From: Marsupella aquatica
Taxonomy: Eukaryota; Plantae; Marchantiophyta
NCBI GenBank assembly: GCA_973895155.1
Contig: OZ316892.1
Coordinates: 29,642,932 to 29,706,931, forward strand
Length of the DNA stretch: 64,000 nucleotides
Direction: 5' to 3'
The position numbers and the translations under genes are program-made. Position 1 is the stretch's first letter; each line of letters opens with the position of its first letter. The notes under the pieces were generated by a model, which was not told the DNA's origin, did not search any database, and saw nothing but the letters and a program-made list of their open reading frames with translations. This document shows positions 26,950 to 41,043 of this stretch, one piece after another.

Positions 26950-29384
26950 AGAGCCTAAGACCCAAATCAGCGTTTAGAAGATCTTTTCACAGGCCATCAC
27001 ATAATCTGGTGAATCTCTCGAGCCAGCTTCTCATCATCTTGTTTGCAGTAGGGGAGCAATTCTGAAAATAGCTGCATGTCCGTTCAGGATGTTATTTTTT
27101 CAATTCTCAATTCAGTCAGGCCAAATTGTGCTAACATGTAACTGGGTTAAATTTGTCCAGTATTAAAATTGTAACATTCAACTTGTGAAAAAGTACTCGG
27201 ACTCATTTTGTAAAACTGCTACACATCCGTTGCTTCTCAAACTTGCACATTGACTTTTTATACACTTATTCCCACCTAACCAACAATTCAATGTCTAGAT
27301 CACAACAAAATGTTTGGGGTAAATATGATGGGAAGGGGCTGGGAGAGCTTACAGGGTATTGTTCACCTAGGAAAATGAATACTGGTCACTTAAGGGCAGG
27401 CCCCTTTAATATAGAAGTTGAGGGTGAAGTCCCCTCTTGTTGTCACCTGTAGTGCACATTTTACATAGAGGCCCCTTTGATCCACCAGTGCAGTGTGAAG
27501 TGCCCTGGGTAACCTATAGTGCACATTTGAAGTATAATACAATCATGTACAATAAAACCATAGTATATTCCAGCAATTTTAGAGTATCAATGTGATCTCA
27601 TTAGTTCACCATAGTGGGTCATCTACTGCTCAAAATGTAGATGTCACCAAGATCTGTGTTTGTTAAAAGTATATAGGAATAGTTTGATTTTTTAACAAAT
27701 CACCACCAAAATGTTTTAAGGGTACTAAGGTCCTATGATGGGAAAAGAATGAGAGAGCCTGCAGGGTAGGTATACTGTTCATCTAGGCAAGTTAAGATCT
27801 AGCAAAATTGTTATGCTGAATGATCAGATTTTGACCATTATATCTAGTGTATGGTCAGATCTGGGCAGGGATATGGACTGTTCATTTTGGTAAATAAGTC
27901 ACTAAAACTTTTTACACTTTGCATCATGTGCAAGTCCCCACACCTTAGTTACAACACTAGATGTAGACCATGAGCGAGTCACAAGGTTGTAGTAGTCTAT
28001 TTTCACCCAATCATCATTTGCATAGTTTGGAGTTACCGAACCAGTTTCCTCAGTACTTTGGCAAGTTGACGACCTTCCACTTGAAAGACTTCAAGATGTC
28101 ATGCCACTCAGGATCACCATGACATCTTGATATAGCATGTTCATCCTACTATATGCCTATTTTGACTTATCTGAAAAAATTTAAATGAGAAGACATTTTA
28201 CTTTTAACCCTAGTTTATGAAAATAAGTATTAAAAGAATGATTATGAAAAAGTTAATGAAAAAACTGCACACTTTTTTAAAGTGAGATAAGTACAATACC
28301 ACATGTGCATTAATTTCAAGGTATTAGAGTAGTTAATGTACTTGTATAAGTACAGCACTTTATGATTCAAAGAGAAGAGCATGAGATACTTAACTTTGTT
28401 TTTTTTTAATTTTATGTTCTATGTGGGGCTGTTTATTTAGGTGACACCTGTTCATCAATAAACCATGAACAATGTAAATTCTATGACCAATGACATATAA
28501 GGTGCATTCATCAGTGAGTGAATAGTGTACTAGTTGCTTGGTTGAAGAGTCTAATCTTCTCATGCAGGTAAGGAAATATGCCCCTCAAAATGTTAAAAAT
28601 AATAATTAGGGGACCTAATAAAAACTAAGGAAATTAAAAAATTTAAGGGGAGCTGCCAAAAGTAAAAAAATATATAGGGGACCTAATAAAAACTAAAGAA
28701 ATTAAAACAGTTAAAGGGCTGCCAAAAATGACTAAATTCTAAATAATACATGGTTAAAAGGTGGACTAGGCCAAATTAACATAAAAATATATTTCAATAA
28801 AACTGAATGAGACAAGATAATCAAAGAGTGTTCCACCATATATGACATCTTGATTACTTGATTCTCTGTAATGTAGTCAAGATGACATTCTCTTGATTCC
28901 CCAATTTTGTCAAAGCCATTAGCTGCAATCCACGGCCAATTCTTTTTTCTTTTTGGTGTAAAAGCAATGATGGCTTCAGGCATTCCATTGGGATGGCCAG
29001 GGAAAATGTCTCTGTCCATCCGGCTTTGTGCACAGAGAATCAAGACATAAATTTAGACTCTAGCATACCCTCAATACAAAATAAAGTGTTTTACTTAGCA
29101 TACATGATTAGTGTGATTTGAGTTAGATAAAAAATGTGCACACAATTTAGTGAGTCACTCACAATGTGCACTGTGTAGTTGCACTATTTACAGTGGAGTA
29201 TACCAAAACATAATCAAAAACACTGGGCAAGGCCATTTAAAATAAACCATGTAGTTCCTCATGAGTTTGAAGAGAAGGACATACTGAGACTTAAGCAGAC
29301 TCTCACTAGGAAATAAAGTGTGACTTAACATATTTAATTAGTGTGATTTGGGCTAGAAAAAAACTGTTCATACAACCTAGAGTA

Positions 29385-30165
29385 AGTAACTCTAATTTTG
29401 GTGTCCCGCTAATTATCTACTCACTCTAATTTGGTGTCCAAACTAATTATTATCAAGTTAGAAAAAATGTTCACACAATTTACTCCAATTTTGGTGTCAC
29501 ACTAATTATATAATGAGTGTACCAAAACATATTCAGGAAGGGGATACACTGGGCAAAACATAATCAGATAGAGGGGATACACTGGGCAAGGCCATTTACT
29601 CAAATTTTAGTGTCACACTAATGATATAATCAATCAGATAGGGGATACACTGGGCAAGGTCATTTACTCAAATTTTGGTGTCACACTAATGATATAATCA
29701 CTGTACCAAAACATAATCAGAAAGGATACACTGGGCGAAATATTATCAGAAAGGATATACTGGGCACGACCATTTACTCTAATTTTGGTGTCACACTAAT
29801 GATATAATCACTGTACCAAAACATAATCAGAAAGGATACACTGGGCGAAATATTATCAGAAAGGATACACTGGGCATGACCATTTACTCTAATTTTGGTG
29901 TCACACTAATTATATAATCACTGTACCAAAACATAATCAGAAACGATACACTGGGCGAGATATTATCAGAAAGGATATACTGGGCAAGGCCATTTACTCA
30001 AATTTTGGTGTCACACTAATTATATAATCACTGTACCAAAACATAATCAGAAAGGATATACAAGGATATACTGGGCAAGGCCATTTACTCTAATTTTGGT
30101 GTCACACTAGTTACAATATCTGTAACAAAACATAATGAGAAAGGATACAGTGGGCAAGGCCATTT
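29385..30165. repeat. 110-bp tandem repeat
   Basis: catttactc.aattttggtgtcacacta recurs at 29661, 29771, 29881, 29991 and 30082, with degenerate copies to the left. Confidence 0.9.
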
Positions 30166-31976
30166 AGAAGAAATCGTGTAGTGTACAGTACTCTGTCTTT
30201 CTCATCGAGTGCGAAGAGAAGGACTGATGAAGGTGGACGAGCGTCATCTCCTCTCACCTCCTCTCACCTCGGGCGATGGAGGCATCATCGTGTCGTCGGT
30301 ACCTGTCGAACGGCCCGGCCAGCTGCTCACAGTCCTCATGATTCCTTCTACTCCATGGGCGGATCGGCTCCTCCACTCTTTCCGTTTGGCTCTGTCTCGT
30401 CTTTCGCTTTCAGTAGAATCTTTCTTCTCTCTCTAGAGCTCTCTAGAGCTCGAGCTCGAGCGCTTTTTGGCACTTTTCAGTCTTTTGCGAGTGGAGAAGT
30501 TTCCTCCTCTTTGCCGTCCGTGCATTTTTCATTCGCATCCTCTCTTGATCTGATTCTCTTCTCTTCTCTTCTCTTCTTTGCGTGCCTGCGCGGGATTGAT
30601 TGATTGTGGGTCCGATAAGATTGTGCTTTCTCTCGCTCTTGCTCTCCCCTCTCTCTCTCCATTTTCCATTCCCGTTCTTTTCTTGTGGGGCTGGTCTTCC
30701 TCTCTCTCTGGATCGGATTTTCTTCTTGTTGTGCCTTGAGGCGGAGAGGTTGTTAGATTCTCTCTCGCTTTCTCTGCCACGTATCTGTTCGATGCTAATG
30801 GAGGTTGCTCTCCCTCGTTCAATCGGCGGACTGGCAGACGGGCCAGCGAGCTGACTGACTGACGGGTTGTAATTAGGTTAGGTTTCGGGGTTGTTCGACA
30901 AACAGCAGCTTAGTGTGAGCAGGGTGGGTTTTGATTCTGTTTGTGCTCCGATTTGGTTTATCCATTCTCTTGCTTTGTCTCCGAGCAGGTCGTTTTGCCC
31001 ACCGAACAAATGTGGTCCGGCTGTGATGCTGTTTCTGTTTGCGTGCTAGTTTGGGCAGCCGGTGGTGGACGCCTACTCGGTTCGGATGCCACGACTTGTA
31101 CGCCAGTTTTCTTCACAGTTAGTGCTCATCTCGTCTACGGCTCTTCAGGAAGGGGAGCGAGGCAATCGGCTCTCGGGAAAGAGGTAGTGTGTTCGTTCCT
31201 ACATGCTTAGGAATTTCTCCTAATTGACGGCTGCTCTGTGTGTGAGAGTCGGGTTGTGGTTCGACAGCTGCTTGAATTCTCTGCTTCTCTCGAGATCTCG
31301 GACATTTGGTAGGTCGAAGGAGGCGAGGACGATAGCTTCGTCTAGGGAGGCTGAAGGAGTCTGAACAGCATGAAGACTGGTCGTACTTGGCTGGTGGAGG
31401 GATTGCTCGAGGAAGCTTGATATGTTACCTAGTCTATCTGAGGAAGCTTGATATGTTACCTAGTCTATCTGTGGTGTTCCATTATCCGTTGGGAGGTCGG
31501 AACATTCTCCGTGGGATCGGATCAGGGCAAGATGATCAGACTGGTTTCATGGTGGATTGATTGCACGGAAGGAGAATTTGATCCCTTCCCGAGATGAATG
31601 TGAGTACGGTTGTTAATTGCCTCTGATGAGGTCTTCAGCTTAGCGGGGTCAGCTGGCTTAGGGGCGGATCGATCGCTGTTGGTTTACATAACAAAGACGC
31701 ACTGAATCATATGCGGATTGAATGCCTTTGGTTTACAATGAGGAGAAGGGATTCGAGCTAGGTACCTGGGATGCAACCTGATCAGTAGGGATGTGATGCA
31801 AGCCGATCATTAGAAGGAGACGAACGTTCTGAATGGTGGTAGGAGAGAAAGGCGCCCTGCCTTTCGTTTTACGTTGAGCCTGCAGATAATTCTAGGGCTC
31901 ATTTGCTTTTGGGATTGAGCTGGCAAGAAGGATCGAGCTGCTTTTGTGTTTTTCTCGTAGAGGACGAAAGAGGAAT

Positions 31977-33467
31977 ATGGGACCATTGTCGGAGTCACCG
32001 TCGGGGCAATTGGAGACGGAAAGGGGACCATTGGAGGAGTCATCGGCGGAGCAATTGGGCATTGAGGCCATCTGGAAAAATCTCCCAGACCAGCTTCTGA
32101 TCTCGATTCTTACCCGGTTGCCGCTTCCTGCGAATTTCCAAATGCGACGCGTTTGTAAGCTCTGGAATACGACCCTCCAGGACCTCAACTTCTTGAGGGA
32201 GTGTCCCCGATCGTCCCCTTTGCAGGAGCCATTTTGCGTGATGGCGACGGATTCAGGAGGCTCTGCCATATTCAGCCCGGCAGTTCACAAGTGGAGTGAA
32301 TTCCCGCAGTCTTGGTTGTCGGGGCACCCTCCGGACTCGGAAGTTGCTCCCTCGGAAACTTTCGAGGTGGTTGGTGCAGCAGGTGGGGTGTTGCTGGTCC
32401 AAGGTAAGGCAATTGTAGTGGGGGACGAGTACGATCGATTCGACTCGGAATTCGATAGTAGCGATGAGGACGAGGCCGGCTTAGCTGGGCTAGCGTTCAT
32501 CAATTCGAAGCGGAAAGAACGGCAGAAGGGCCGGAGGAGCTTATCTCTGTTCAATCCGCTGAACAAGTCGAGGAGGCAGATAGCATTGCCCAGAAGGCTG
32601 AGAAGGCTCTCTACCAGCAGCATCCTGGGGATTGGTTTTAACAGAGAGAGTGACGACCACAAGATCATTATGGCGCACCGAGGGAGCTCCAGGCGTAGTG
32701 TGGATCCCCAGAAAGTGCTCAAGATGGAAAGCGACAGTGACGATTCCGATGACGATGATCCTGGAGACCACAGTGATTACGAATTCTACGACGACGAGGA
32801 CGAGGAAAGCTTGTGGACCCGGAGAGGGGTCGGGAACGAGATTTTGTGGACAATATGCTCTTACGACCTGAGGTACGATAGATGGGAGCTTGCCTTCACG
32901 ACGAAGAGGGAATATGATCACATTCTTCTCAATGCAACCGTCGTGGGAGAAGACACTTACCTCCTCATGTTGAAATTGATGCGGACCGAGCTGGGGATGT
33001 ATGTACCTTTCTACCGTGTCTTTAAAGCCCCTTGGAAGGATGCAGTAGATGAGACCACTGCAATTCCAGACGATCTGGGCTTTGCCAAAATATTTGAGAA
33101 TCGTGGCCGCCTAATGCTGTCCGGGTGGACTGATCCTCTCTGGGACGAGCCCAAAGTCACTATATGGGAACTGGCCATCACAATTGAGAATGGGGAGAGG
33201 GCCCAGAGCTGGGTGGAGGTTCTGCAAATGCCGGCCGACCTCGTGGAGCTGCTCTACAAGCATCAGGCCGCTGGGATCTGCTTCGATGCAGAAGGGGATT
33301 TTGTTTGCTTCTCGAATCAGGGCATAAGCAAGACGGAGAATGTTACCATTACCTGCAATCTCCTCCAGAGAGATTGGAGATCCTGTCCGTGCCAAAGCTC
33401 CGAGTCTCTCTGGGTGAACTACGGTCCCAGGTATGTGTTTGAGCCAAAACTGGATGTTGTGGTATAA
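31977..33467 (+). CDS. F-box protein with kelch/FBA-like C-terminus (~496 aa)
   Basis: F-box IWKNLPDQLLISILTRLP...MRRVCKLWN, plus GAAGGVLL, LFNPLNKS and FEPKLD end motifs. An acceptor TTTTTCTCGTAG at 31960 suggests an upstream intron. Confidence 0.88.
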   Translation: MGPLSESPSGQLETERGPLEESSAEQLGIEAIWKNLPDQLLISILTRLPLPANFQMRRVCKLWNTTLQDLNFLRECPRSSPLQEPFCVMATDSGGSAIFSPAVHKWSEFPQSWLSGHPPDSEVAPSETFEVVGAAGGVLLVQGKAIVVGDEYDRFDSEFDSSDEDEAGLAGLAFINSKRKERQKGRRSLSLFNPLNKSRRQIALPRRLRRLSTSSILGIGFNRESDDHKIIMAHRGSSRRSVDPQKVLKMESDSDDSDDDDPGDHSDYEFYDDEDEESLWTRRGVGNEILWTICSYDLRYDRWELAFTTKREYDHILLNATVVGEDTYLLMLKLMRTELGMYVPFYRVFKAPWKDAVDETTAIPDDLGFAKIFENRGRLMLSGWTDPLWDEPKVTIWELAITIENGERAQSWVEVLQMPADLVELLYKHQAAGICFDAEGDFVCFSNQGISKTENVTITCNLLQRDWRSCPCQSSESLWVNYGPRYVFEPKLDVVV

Positions 33468-35054
33468 TTTTTGCCCTAGCATCCTGCAGCAGAACTGCAT
33501 TACCTCCAGCCGGTTTCGTCAAATCGAGCGGGAATGCAAACGATCGACTGTCAATGAAATCAATGGCTTTGCTGGCAAGCAGAGCCACGAGCTGCTACTT
33601 GCGGAGCAACTCTTTGTAACGTAGTTGATTTTGTATCATAGCCTTAGCTAGTCTTTTACACGAAATTTGAGAAGAAGACTGAATGTGACGTGTGAACTTG
33701 TGTAGATCAGATTCTTCAAACTGTTCGTCCTCATGTGTGAGACTAATTTGTCATCTTAGCTTATCAGCTGTAATTATCGTTCGGAGGTATGACGCTTTGT
33801 GAAGTTTACTTAAGGCAGAGAGATCGCTTAAAGACAGCTGACTGATGGTAGGAATAGGGTACCCGTTTACTCCTACCCAAAATGTCGTCAGTGTCAGAGG
33901 TTAAGTATATGGCCTACGCCAGTTCCGGATCCCTGCAATCTCCTCACCTTTGGGATTAACGAATTCAACGAGTGGTACTGAGCGGACGCCCAAGATTCCT
34001 TGGGAAATGTCGTCTTTTCCACTCCTCTAGGGTTGAACTTTTTTCTATAATCAGTTAACACATTTTGCTGTTGGCATGATCGAATGAGAATTTCCACTTT
34101 CATATTGAAAGTTTCCTGTCCGTATGTCACTTCACATGCTGCGCAACGAAACTTCTTGAGTTTTCATAAAGGTGGAACGGACGCTCACGATTTCCTTAAG
34201 TTCTATCCTTCCTGTCATAGTGATGCTGGGAAAATCTCCGCAGATGTTATGTTGGTGGAATGTAGGGGTCGTGTACTCCCTTTGTTCTGGAGCGTGCGTA
34301 AATGAGAATTACTGTGTATGAATGAACGCCATGTGGATTGCTCCACTGGCGTTTCACTTATTGAACGATAAGTAACATCCCACAAATGTGATACACAGTA
34401 AGATCTCCTGCTGGATTGGCCGTCTGCATGTCTTATGGCAACAGTGCTTCCATTAACATTCCACTGTATAATCACCCACATTTGGTAGTTTCATCTTCAT
34501 GTGCTCGACAGGGGGTACTGACTCTGGTGATATTCACAATAATTTGCACCAAGCTCAGTCTCTGCATGTCAACTGCAGGATGTCCATCGAAGAATACTGA
34601 CTGCACCTTAGTCTATTCTTTGACTTCACGGAAGCAAGCTGCGGTACGAGTACAAATTGTAAGGCGTTTGGACAGTAAAGTTAGATTGCTAAACACTATT
34701 CAATTGTCTGGTAGGAATGCCTGGTAGGTTGTATAACACTGGCCGGTAGCTTCTGAGGCACTACCCTTCCCTCGCAGATTGTCCAACCTTCGCTATCCCT
34801 GGTAGGCTGTACATCACTCATCTTCCCTCGTCGATTGTGAACACGTCACCTATGGTTCATAAATCGGGCAAACCTTATTGGAATTTTTTAAACGAGGACA
34901 GCCTACGGTGGCAATATATTCGCAGATTGCTTGGTACACCGCCTTGACTTTCCTACCCTGTTGGTGTTCAAGCTGCTGTACAGTTTCGTGCCTATCTTAG
35001 GTCTGTCAAGTGCAAGTAATTTATGTCTCTAACTGGCATTCATACCATCTGATC

Positions 35055-35350
35055 AGTTATTTTCAGGTCCAAGATCTTAGCCAGGAAGACTGCACAACGA
35101 GTTAATGGACATGAGGTTGGATTAGTTCCTAGGAATCAATCTCTTACATAGTGGTGTCTACAGGAAGGGTTCCAATCAATCCACACAGTTAACTTTTGTG
35201 TAAAGTTATTTTCAGGTCCAAGATCTTAGCCAGGAAGACTGCATGACGAGTTGATGGACATGAGGTTGGATTAGTTCCTAGGAATCAATGTCTTACATAG
35301 TAGTGTCTACAGGAAGGGTTCCAATCAATCCACACAGTTAACTTTTGTGT
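35055..35350. repeat. 149-bp tandem duplication
   Basis: Two near-identical copies starting agttattttcaggtccaag at 35055 and 35204. Confidence 0.9.
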
Positions 35351-36720
35351 TAAGATAACCGCCAATAATCTCCATGATCTCTTTTGGCTTGCATTAGAGC
35401 AAACTTGCTGTGGCTATTTCTTAGATTGTACGACACCACCAGACGATACTTTACACACAGTTGTAGTAATGAGTTCAACAGGCACTTCACGTAAGCACCT
35501 CTTAACAAATCCACGCACCTCCCTCTCAATGAAGCGAAAACATGTTCTTGTCTAGTGAAAGTGCTCAATCCGTCTCTCTAACTTGGACAATAAACCAGTG
35601 CTGACAAGGTCTCATGGTTCAAGGTACACAGTACATAATCGACCCAACTTCTCACTCATTCAACCGTAGTGGCTTCCCGGTGCAGAAATTACCGTTCTTC
35701 TCATGCATTACAACCTCGTGGCTTTTTTGGTACACCTCATAGACAAGTGCTGTTTCCAGCTTCCAGGTACAAAATGCACCCCGTTTAATGAATTCCGACT
35801 CCCTGCTTCGATCTACCTCACAACTCCTCACATACTACAGCTTTCCGCCACAATTGTAAGGATCGTTGGCGCTGGATAGGGTTTCCTTCTCACACTTAGG
35901 GTAACCACCTCCATGCACAAAAAAGGCAAAAACCAAACAAAGTTCTCGTGTCCTGTACGACACTTGCCCAACCTCCTGGTGTACATAACACACCCAACTA
36001 CAACTCATGTTTTACCTTTACAGCTTTCTGTTAAATGACCTACCCAACCGTTTCTCAAATATAATCAATTCCCAGCTTCCTGGGTGTACAATTACTCTAT
36101 CTGGCAAAGAGGCATTGAACAACAGCGTCCTTTGAACACAAAATGACAAGAAAAAGCCTTGGCCAAATCGCATAATCTTCCAGATCACACCACTCCTTAA
36201 ACTATACTATGCAAACCAAAAACTGTTTAGGTAGTCAGTGAGGTCCCGCATGGTCAACCTGCTGACATCGAATTTCAGATATACTGTAACATGCAACCAG
36301 AAAATATATTTTTTCTACTCTGAGAACGCATCTTTTGGAGTCAAGTCAAGACAACAGCTCGCATGATACCTTCCCTCTCGAGGATAAGATCTTGTAGACA
36401 AGATGCGACAGACAGCTGAGACATCGCATAAACACCACACAGATATTGAATTTTGTATTCAGAGCACTACCAGCTTAAAGCCATGGCGAGTCAAATTAGA
36501 CGAAGAAGAGATGTTCCGAATTCACATTTTAGACTGCACAAGGCATGAACCTACAAACGTAACCAGCCACCAAATTGCTGGGGCAAATTCATCCAAACTG
36601 CAGAAAGGACGAACGTCCGGTGAACTCTATAATGCAAAAGAATGGTTAGCGTCATGTCCCTAACAGCTGGTGTGTAATCCCCAAGGAGGAAAACTTTTCT
36701 AGTAGTACTGTAAAACGTAC

Positions 36721-37731
36721 TCAGGTAACGCGAACCCCGTTGTACCTCAGAATCTCACCCACGAGCTCTCCTCTTCCTGAGCCGACGTAGCGCCCCAGAG
36801 GCTTCCCATCCCTAATGAACACAAAAGTGGGAACCTCCACAACGCCCATGGACTTGAGTAAGGTCGAACATTCCGCATTCTCATCTCCATGCATGCGAGC
36901 AAACACTGTATTACCAACCATTCTCTTCGATAGGCTGACAAAGGTAGGATAGATTTTCGCACAAGGTCCACAGCTCTTCAGCCCCACATCGAGAACCACT
37001 AATTTGTGATCAGAGGCATGCTCCTTCAGCAGAAACTCGAAGTCCTCCTTGTTGCGCACTTGGTGAATTGGAGCATCGTTATCCCCATAGTAGAGAACGT
37101 CCCCCTCCAGGACATCCGAGGTGATTCCCTCCTCCTCGTGAATCTTCACCGAGTGCTTGTAGAACACAAAATGGGGAACCTTCTCCACTCCTGCCCTCTC
37201 GCAAAGCTCCTTGGTGGCGTCCGACTCGTCTCCCAGCACGAGAAGAAACACCACGCCCTTGAGAGTCTTGCTCAGGTCCACCATGGACGGGTAAATCTTT
37301 CGAGAATTCACGCTATGGGTTGCGGCGTACTCGACCACCACCAGCTTGTTCTTCGCTGTTCTCAACGCCTCGTCGAAATCCTCCACTGTGGTGATGTGTT
37401 TCACTCTATCGTCTGGTTGCTGCAGCCCCACTTTCGGCGGCTCGACGGCGGACGTCGTTGCGGATTCACCTGTTGCCGCTCTGATGACATTGCTCGGCCT
37501 AATAAACGAGACATGATGATCAATGGGAAGACACCTCGTGAGCGAATTCACCTGCTTGGACCCAACATGGCTTCTCCAACTGATAGAAACCCCTTGAGCA
37601 GGAGGAGCAGCAGAAACAAAGCTACGGAGTGAGGCAGAGCATGCGGAGGGGTTTGTGACTGCCACTCCGGTAGCAGATAAGGAGGTCGGACAGAGATTTG
37701 AAATTGAGAGCTGCTGCGTTAGGGCCTGCAT
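36721..37731 (-). CDS. CDSP32: Chloroplast thioredoxin-like protein CDSP32 (336 aa, intronless)
   Basis: Ser/Ala-rich transit peptide; two Trx modules, the first SxxS (HSVNS) and the second CGPC; EKVPHF and [17 protein letters not shown]-terminus. Confidence 0.92.
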   Translation of the reverse strand: MQALTQQLSISNLCPTSLSATGVAVTNPSACSASLRSFVSAAPPAQGVSISWRSHVGSKQVNSLTRCLPIDHHVSFIRPSNVIRAATGESATTSAVEPPKVGLQQPDDRVKHITTVEDFDEALRTAKNKLVVVEYAATHSVNSRKIYPSMVDLSKTLKGVVFLLVLGDESDATKELCERAGVEKVPHFVFYKHSVKIHEEEGITSDVLEGDVLYYGDNDAPIHQVRNKEDFEFLLKEHASDHKLVVLDVGLKSCGPCAKIYPTFVSLSKRMVGNTVFARMHGDENAECSTLLKSMGVVEVPTFVFIRDGKPLGRYVGSGRGELVGEILRYNGVRVT

Positions 37732-39461
37732 GGTGTTCGTGTCCGTCCTCCACACGGGATGGACAATATATGAAGCCGCGTCGTTACTCTCTCAAATGCC
37801 CACCACAACCACTCTCAGTCTTTGATGAATCAATCGATCAATCGTTCAAGCAATGGCTGCTTTTCCTCCCTCCCAGCAAACTTTTCCGGAAGCTCTATCT
37901 TTCGAGCAATGCCGCTCTCTCCGACGAACGGTCGGTCGGATGTCACCTGAAGCTGATGAAATTCCTAAAGCAGCCCTCCCTGTCGTCCAGACTTGTTACA
38001 AAGACTATGTGGGCAATGTTTCGAGATAAATCCTCCAATTCACTATATGGTGACATAAACCGTTTGCAAAAGGAGATCCGCAACCTTCCTATCCTTCGTC
38101 CCGTCCCGCTGTAAGAAAATCAACTTCTCAGACCAATCAGAGCACTACCTTCTCCGCTCAGTTCAGGCTCTGGTTCTGACTGACGAGAACAGCCGAAAAA
38201 TCTGCAAAGGGAGATGCAAGAGATGAGATACCGAACAACACGTGTGATGGCAATCCTCTGTTCCTCACTCGCTCCCTCTCAATCACATTCCTTCATTCAT
38301 TCTCCACAAAAATAGCCGTGGTGAGAAAGGTTCATTATCAGCGCCTCTCGTTTCCTACCAGTCATTGATTCTTCGTGGATCGTCGATGGAACTGTACACG
38401 GAGGTAATTAATTGTTCTCCATCACTAGTTCAGTGGTTCAGTGGATAAGGAAGTGCCCCAGCTCTCCTGTACCTTCCGATCCTATCCACTTTTACTTTCG
38501 GCAAAGATCTCAAGATCCTTTACCGCCGTGAGACTCCTGCCGCTTTCCCGAAAGACAAAGAGATGAATCCGGCCTGCTGCTGGCCTACCTCCTCTCCTAA
38601 ACTTCTAGACCGCCATAGCTCCACGTCTACACTCCCGGCTCCCGACCTGCTCACCATCATCATTATCCTTTCTTTCGATTGGAGTCTAGGAGTAAAGATC
38701 GAACGGCTTTTTGTGGTGCCCTCGCTCTGACGGGAGGGCTTTGACCGTGGATTCTTTGCTCTGAGTCTTCTGTCGCCATAGCCGATGAATGAAACAGGGA
38801 ATCCGTCCTCTGCTCTTTCAATGGGGAAGAAATGACAAGATCAACTCGTCGAGTTCTGTCATCCAAAGTACACTCCAGTGCTACATCACTTCGCCATAGC
38901 CAGGGCAATTGTACACTCTAGAACTACACTACTTCGCCATAGCCAATGCAAATTTTAAGGTTTTCCTCTTTCCGCCAAGGTGATGATTGTCACCTTCTGT
39001 GAAACAGAGCATTGATCTAGGTTTTTTCTGACCATTAGATTTTGCTAGATTGAAGGATAACCATCGGATTCTGGCAAATGGTTTCTGTGGATAGGTGGGA
39101 AACTAGCTACTCCAAGGAAACTGGCTTGGCAAATTTTTGGCAAAACGGGGAAGACATTTCTTTGAGGTGAATTTGGAAATTTCTTGCCATAAAACCAAGG
39201 TGGCAAATGTGTCACCCTGTGTGAAGCAAAAGCTGAATTCATTATCAAATTTTTGAAGATTTATTTTGTGACGGTTGGATTGGGCATTGTATCTCCCTAG
39301 AGTTAAGGATAACCATCATCCGTACCAGTTTCCAGGTGTGGCGCTGCCAAAGGGAAAATTAGCCTGGAAGTTTGCGGGCCTGCATCTGGGTTTTGACCCC
39401 ACGCGCAACGTGTGTTGCATGTGTGCCCGCTAAAGGAGGCCTGGAAATCTTCAACCATACG

Positions 39462-39641
39462 TTAGAACCGTATCACTCGGGTTTGAACCCACCAAACAAG
39501 GCCATTTTCATCGTAGTGCTTAGAAACTCTCTCCCAAAAATTCTCTCTCTTTTGCCCACTGCGGACACAAGGGTCTTGGGATATCTCCAAGTAGGAATAG
39601 CAGAGCTGTTTTAATTCAGCCGGACTGAAGTTCTTGCCCAT
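39462..39641 (-). mobile_element. PIF/Harbinger ORF1 (Myb/SANT-like) fragment
   Basis: KNFSPAELKQLCYSYLEISQDPCVRSGQKRENFWERVSKHY fits the NF..E...LC...L.IS.DP....QK...FW.R pattern; truncated. Confidence 0.65.
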
Positions 39642-41043
39642 TGGACCATTTCTACACACGATTGGAGTGCAGAGCTCTCGATGGTACCAAGACCTCTTGA
39701 TGGGACCACGAGCTCTGTCAAAGCTACAAGAAAAACATGTGCATTGACATGCTCTGCTGCAGCCTGCAAGTACGTGCACCAGATTTCATATTCACGGGGG
39801 AAGTTGCTTGCACCTAGGATGTGGATAAGTGGCAGGTTTCAGGTCGTAGATGGGGTTTCCAAGGACTGCCAAACCCGGTTTTCAGACTGCCAAAGGAGGC
39901 AAATATAGTGGTCAGCAAATGAGTATAGCCTGCGGCCTGAAAAACATTTGGTGATAGCAGCGACGGGTGCAAAAGGGAAAATGACCACGGCCGGGGAAAA
40001 GCATGCTTTTGCAAGCCCAATGCCTTTTGGCAGGCGCCGGTGCGCACGCTCTGAGGGGGTTACAAGCTGTAACCTACAAGAGTGGTTAGCCCATCACCCC
40101 GACGAAGCCATGGATTATTGCACGTACATCCCAAGGGTGGTTTTGCTGTACTTCAACCCAAGGCCAGGGAGTTAAGGCTGATAACCATGACTAAAATTAC
40201 ACAGAAAATACATGAGGGTTTATGTTTGAGCTACAAATTATGTGATCAACTTTGAATGAAACAGGAAAGGAACTGTCATCAAGAACTTTGTCCCTTGGCC
40301 TTTTTGAGTTGCAGCTGAATCAAAGTTCTCTAAACAGCACACTTCATTCATGATTCATAGACACAATTGAGCAAACATTAAGCATCAAGTCCAAAATATT
40401 ATGCAACTCACGTAAATGTGATGGAACATTAAGCATCAAATTCAAAATACAATGCAACTCATCATAATTCTCTTTGGTTTCCATCAATCAGTTTTAGCTC
40501 ACAATGGAGAATTCTGCAGTCTGGTCATTTAGAACCCTGTCAAGTTGCATCTCCCATCAATAGTTATAATACAAGTGTCATTGAAATTTGACGTGCTATT
40601 TTGAGTGAAAAAACTGAAAACCTGAAAAATTGGAAGGAATAAGCCAAAAGTGAATTATGTTTGGTGTGAACTGTATACAAAGCAAGAAGAAAAGGCAAGA
40701 ACCAATCATGAACCTTCATCAAAGTATTGTTTTGTACACCATCAGGTATATCCATACACTCCATTTAAAATAAATGCCTACCAAAGTTGACCTTCATCCT
40801 GCAGTCACCTGCCCGAGATAAAAACTTAACTTAATTTTAATTCAATTATTTTACACTGAAATTAATTAAATTTAAACAATTAAAAAAAACTTTTCATTTG
40901 GTAAAACTATTGAATATAAATAAAATATAGAAACAATTTATTTCTCTTAAAAAATAACTATAAAAAACATATTTGTTCATGTTAGTCGATTGTGTTTGGA
41001 CTCTATGATGCGGTGGCTGCTATCTTGTGTCTCCAATTTCTAT

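Noticed and set aside
29385-30165. Regularly spaced repeats considered as CRISPR-like (also 47606-48095)
   Set aside because: Whole units are repeated with no unique spacers, there are no cas genes, and the context is eukaryotic.
31410-31471. Short perfect duplications (31 bp here; also ~41820-41900 and ~54611-54656)
   Set aside because: Ordinary slippage or repair duplications with no further structure.
36960-36980. CDSP32 active site SCGPC rather than the familiar HCGPC
   Set aside because: Both catalytic cysteines are intact; most likely ordinary lineage variation.
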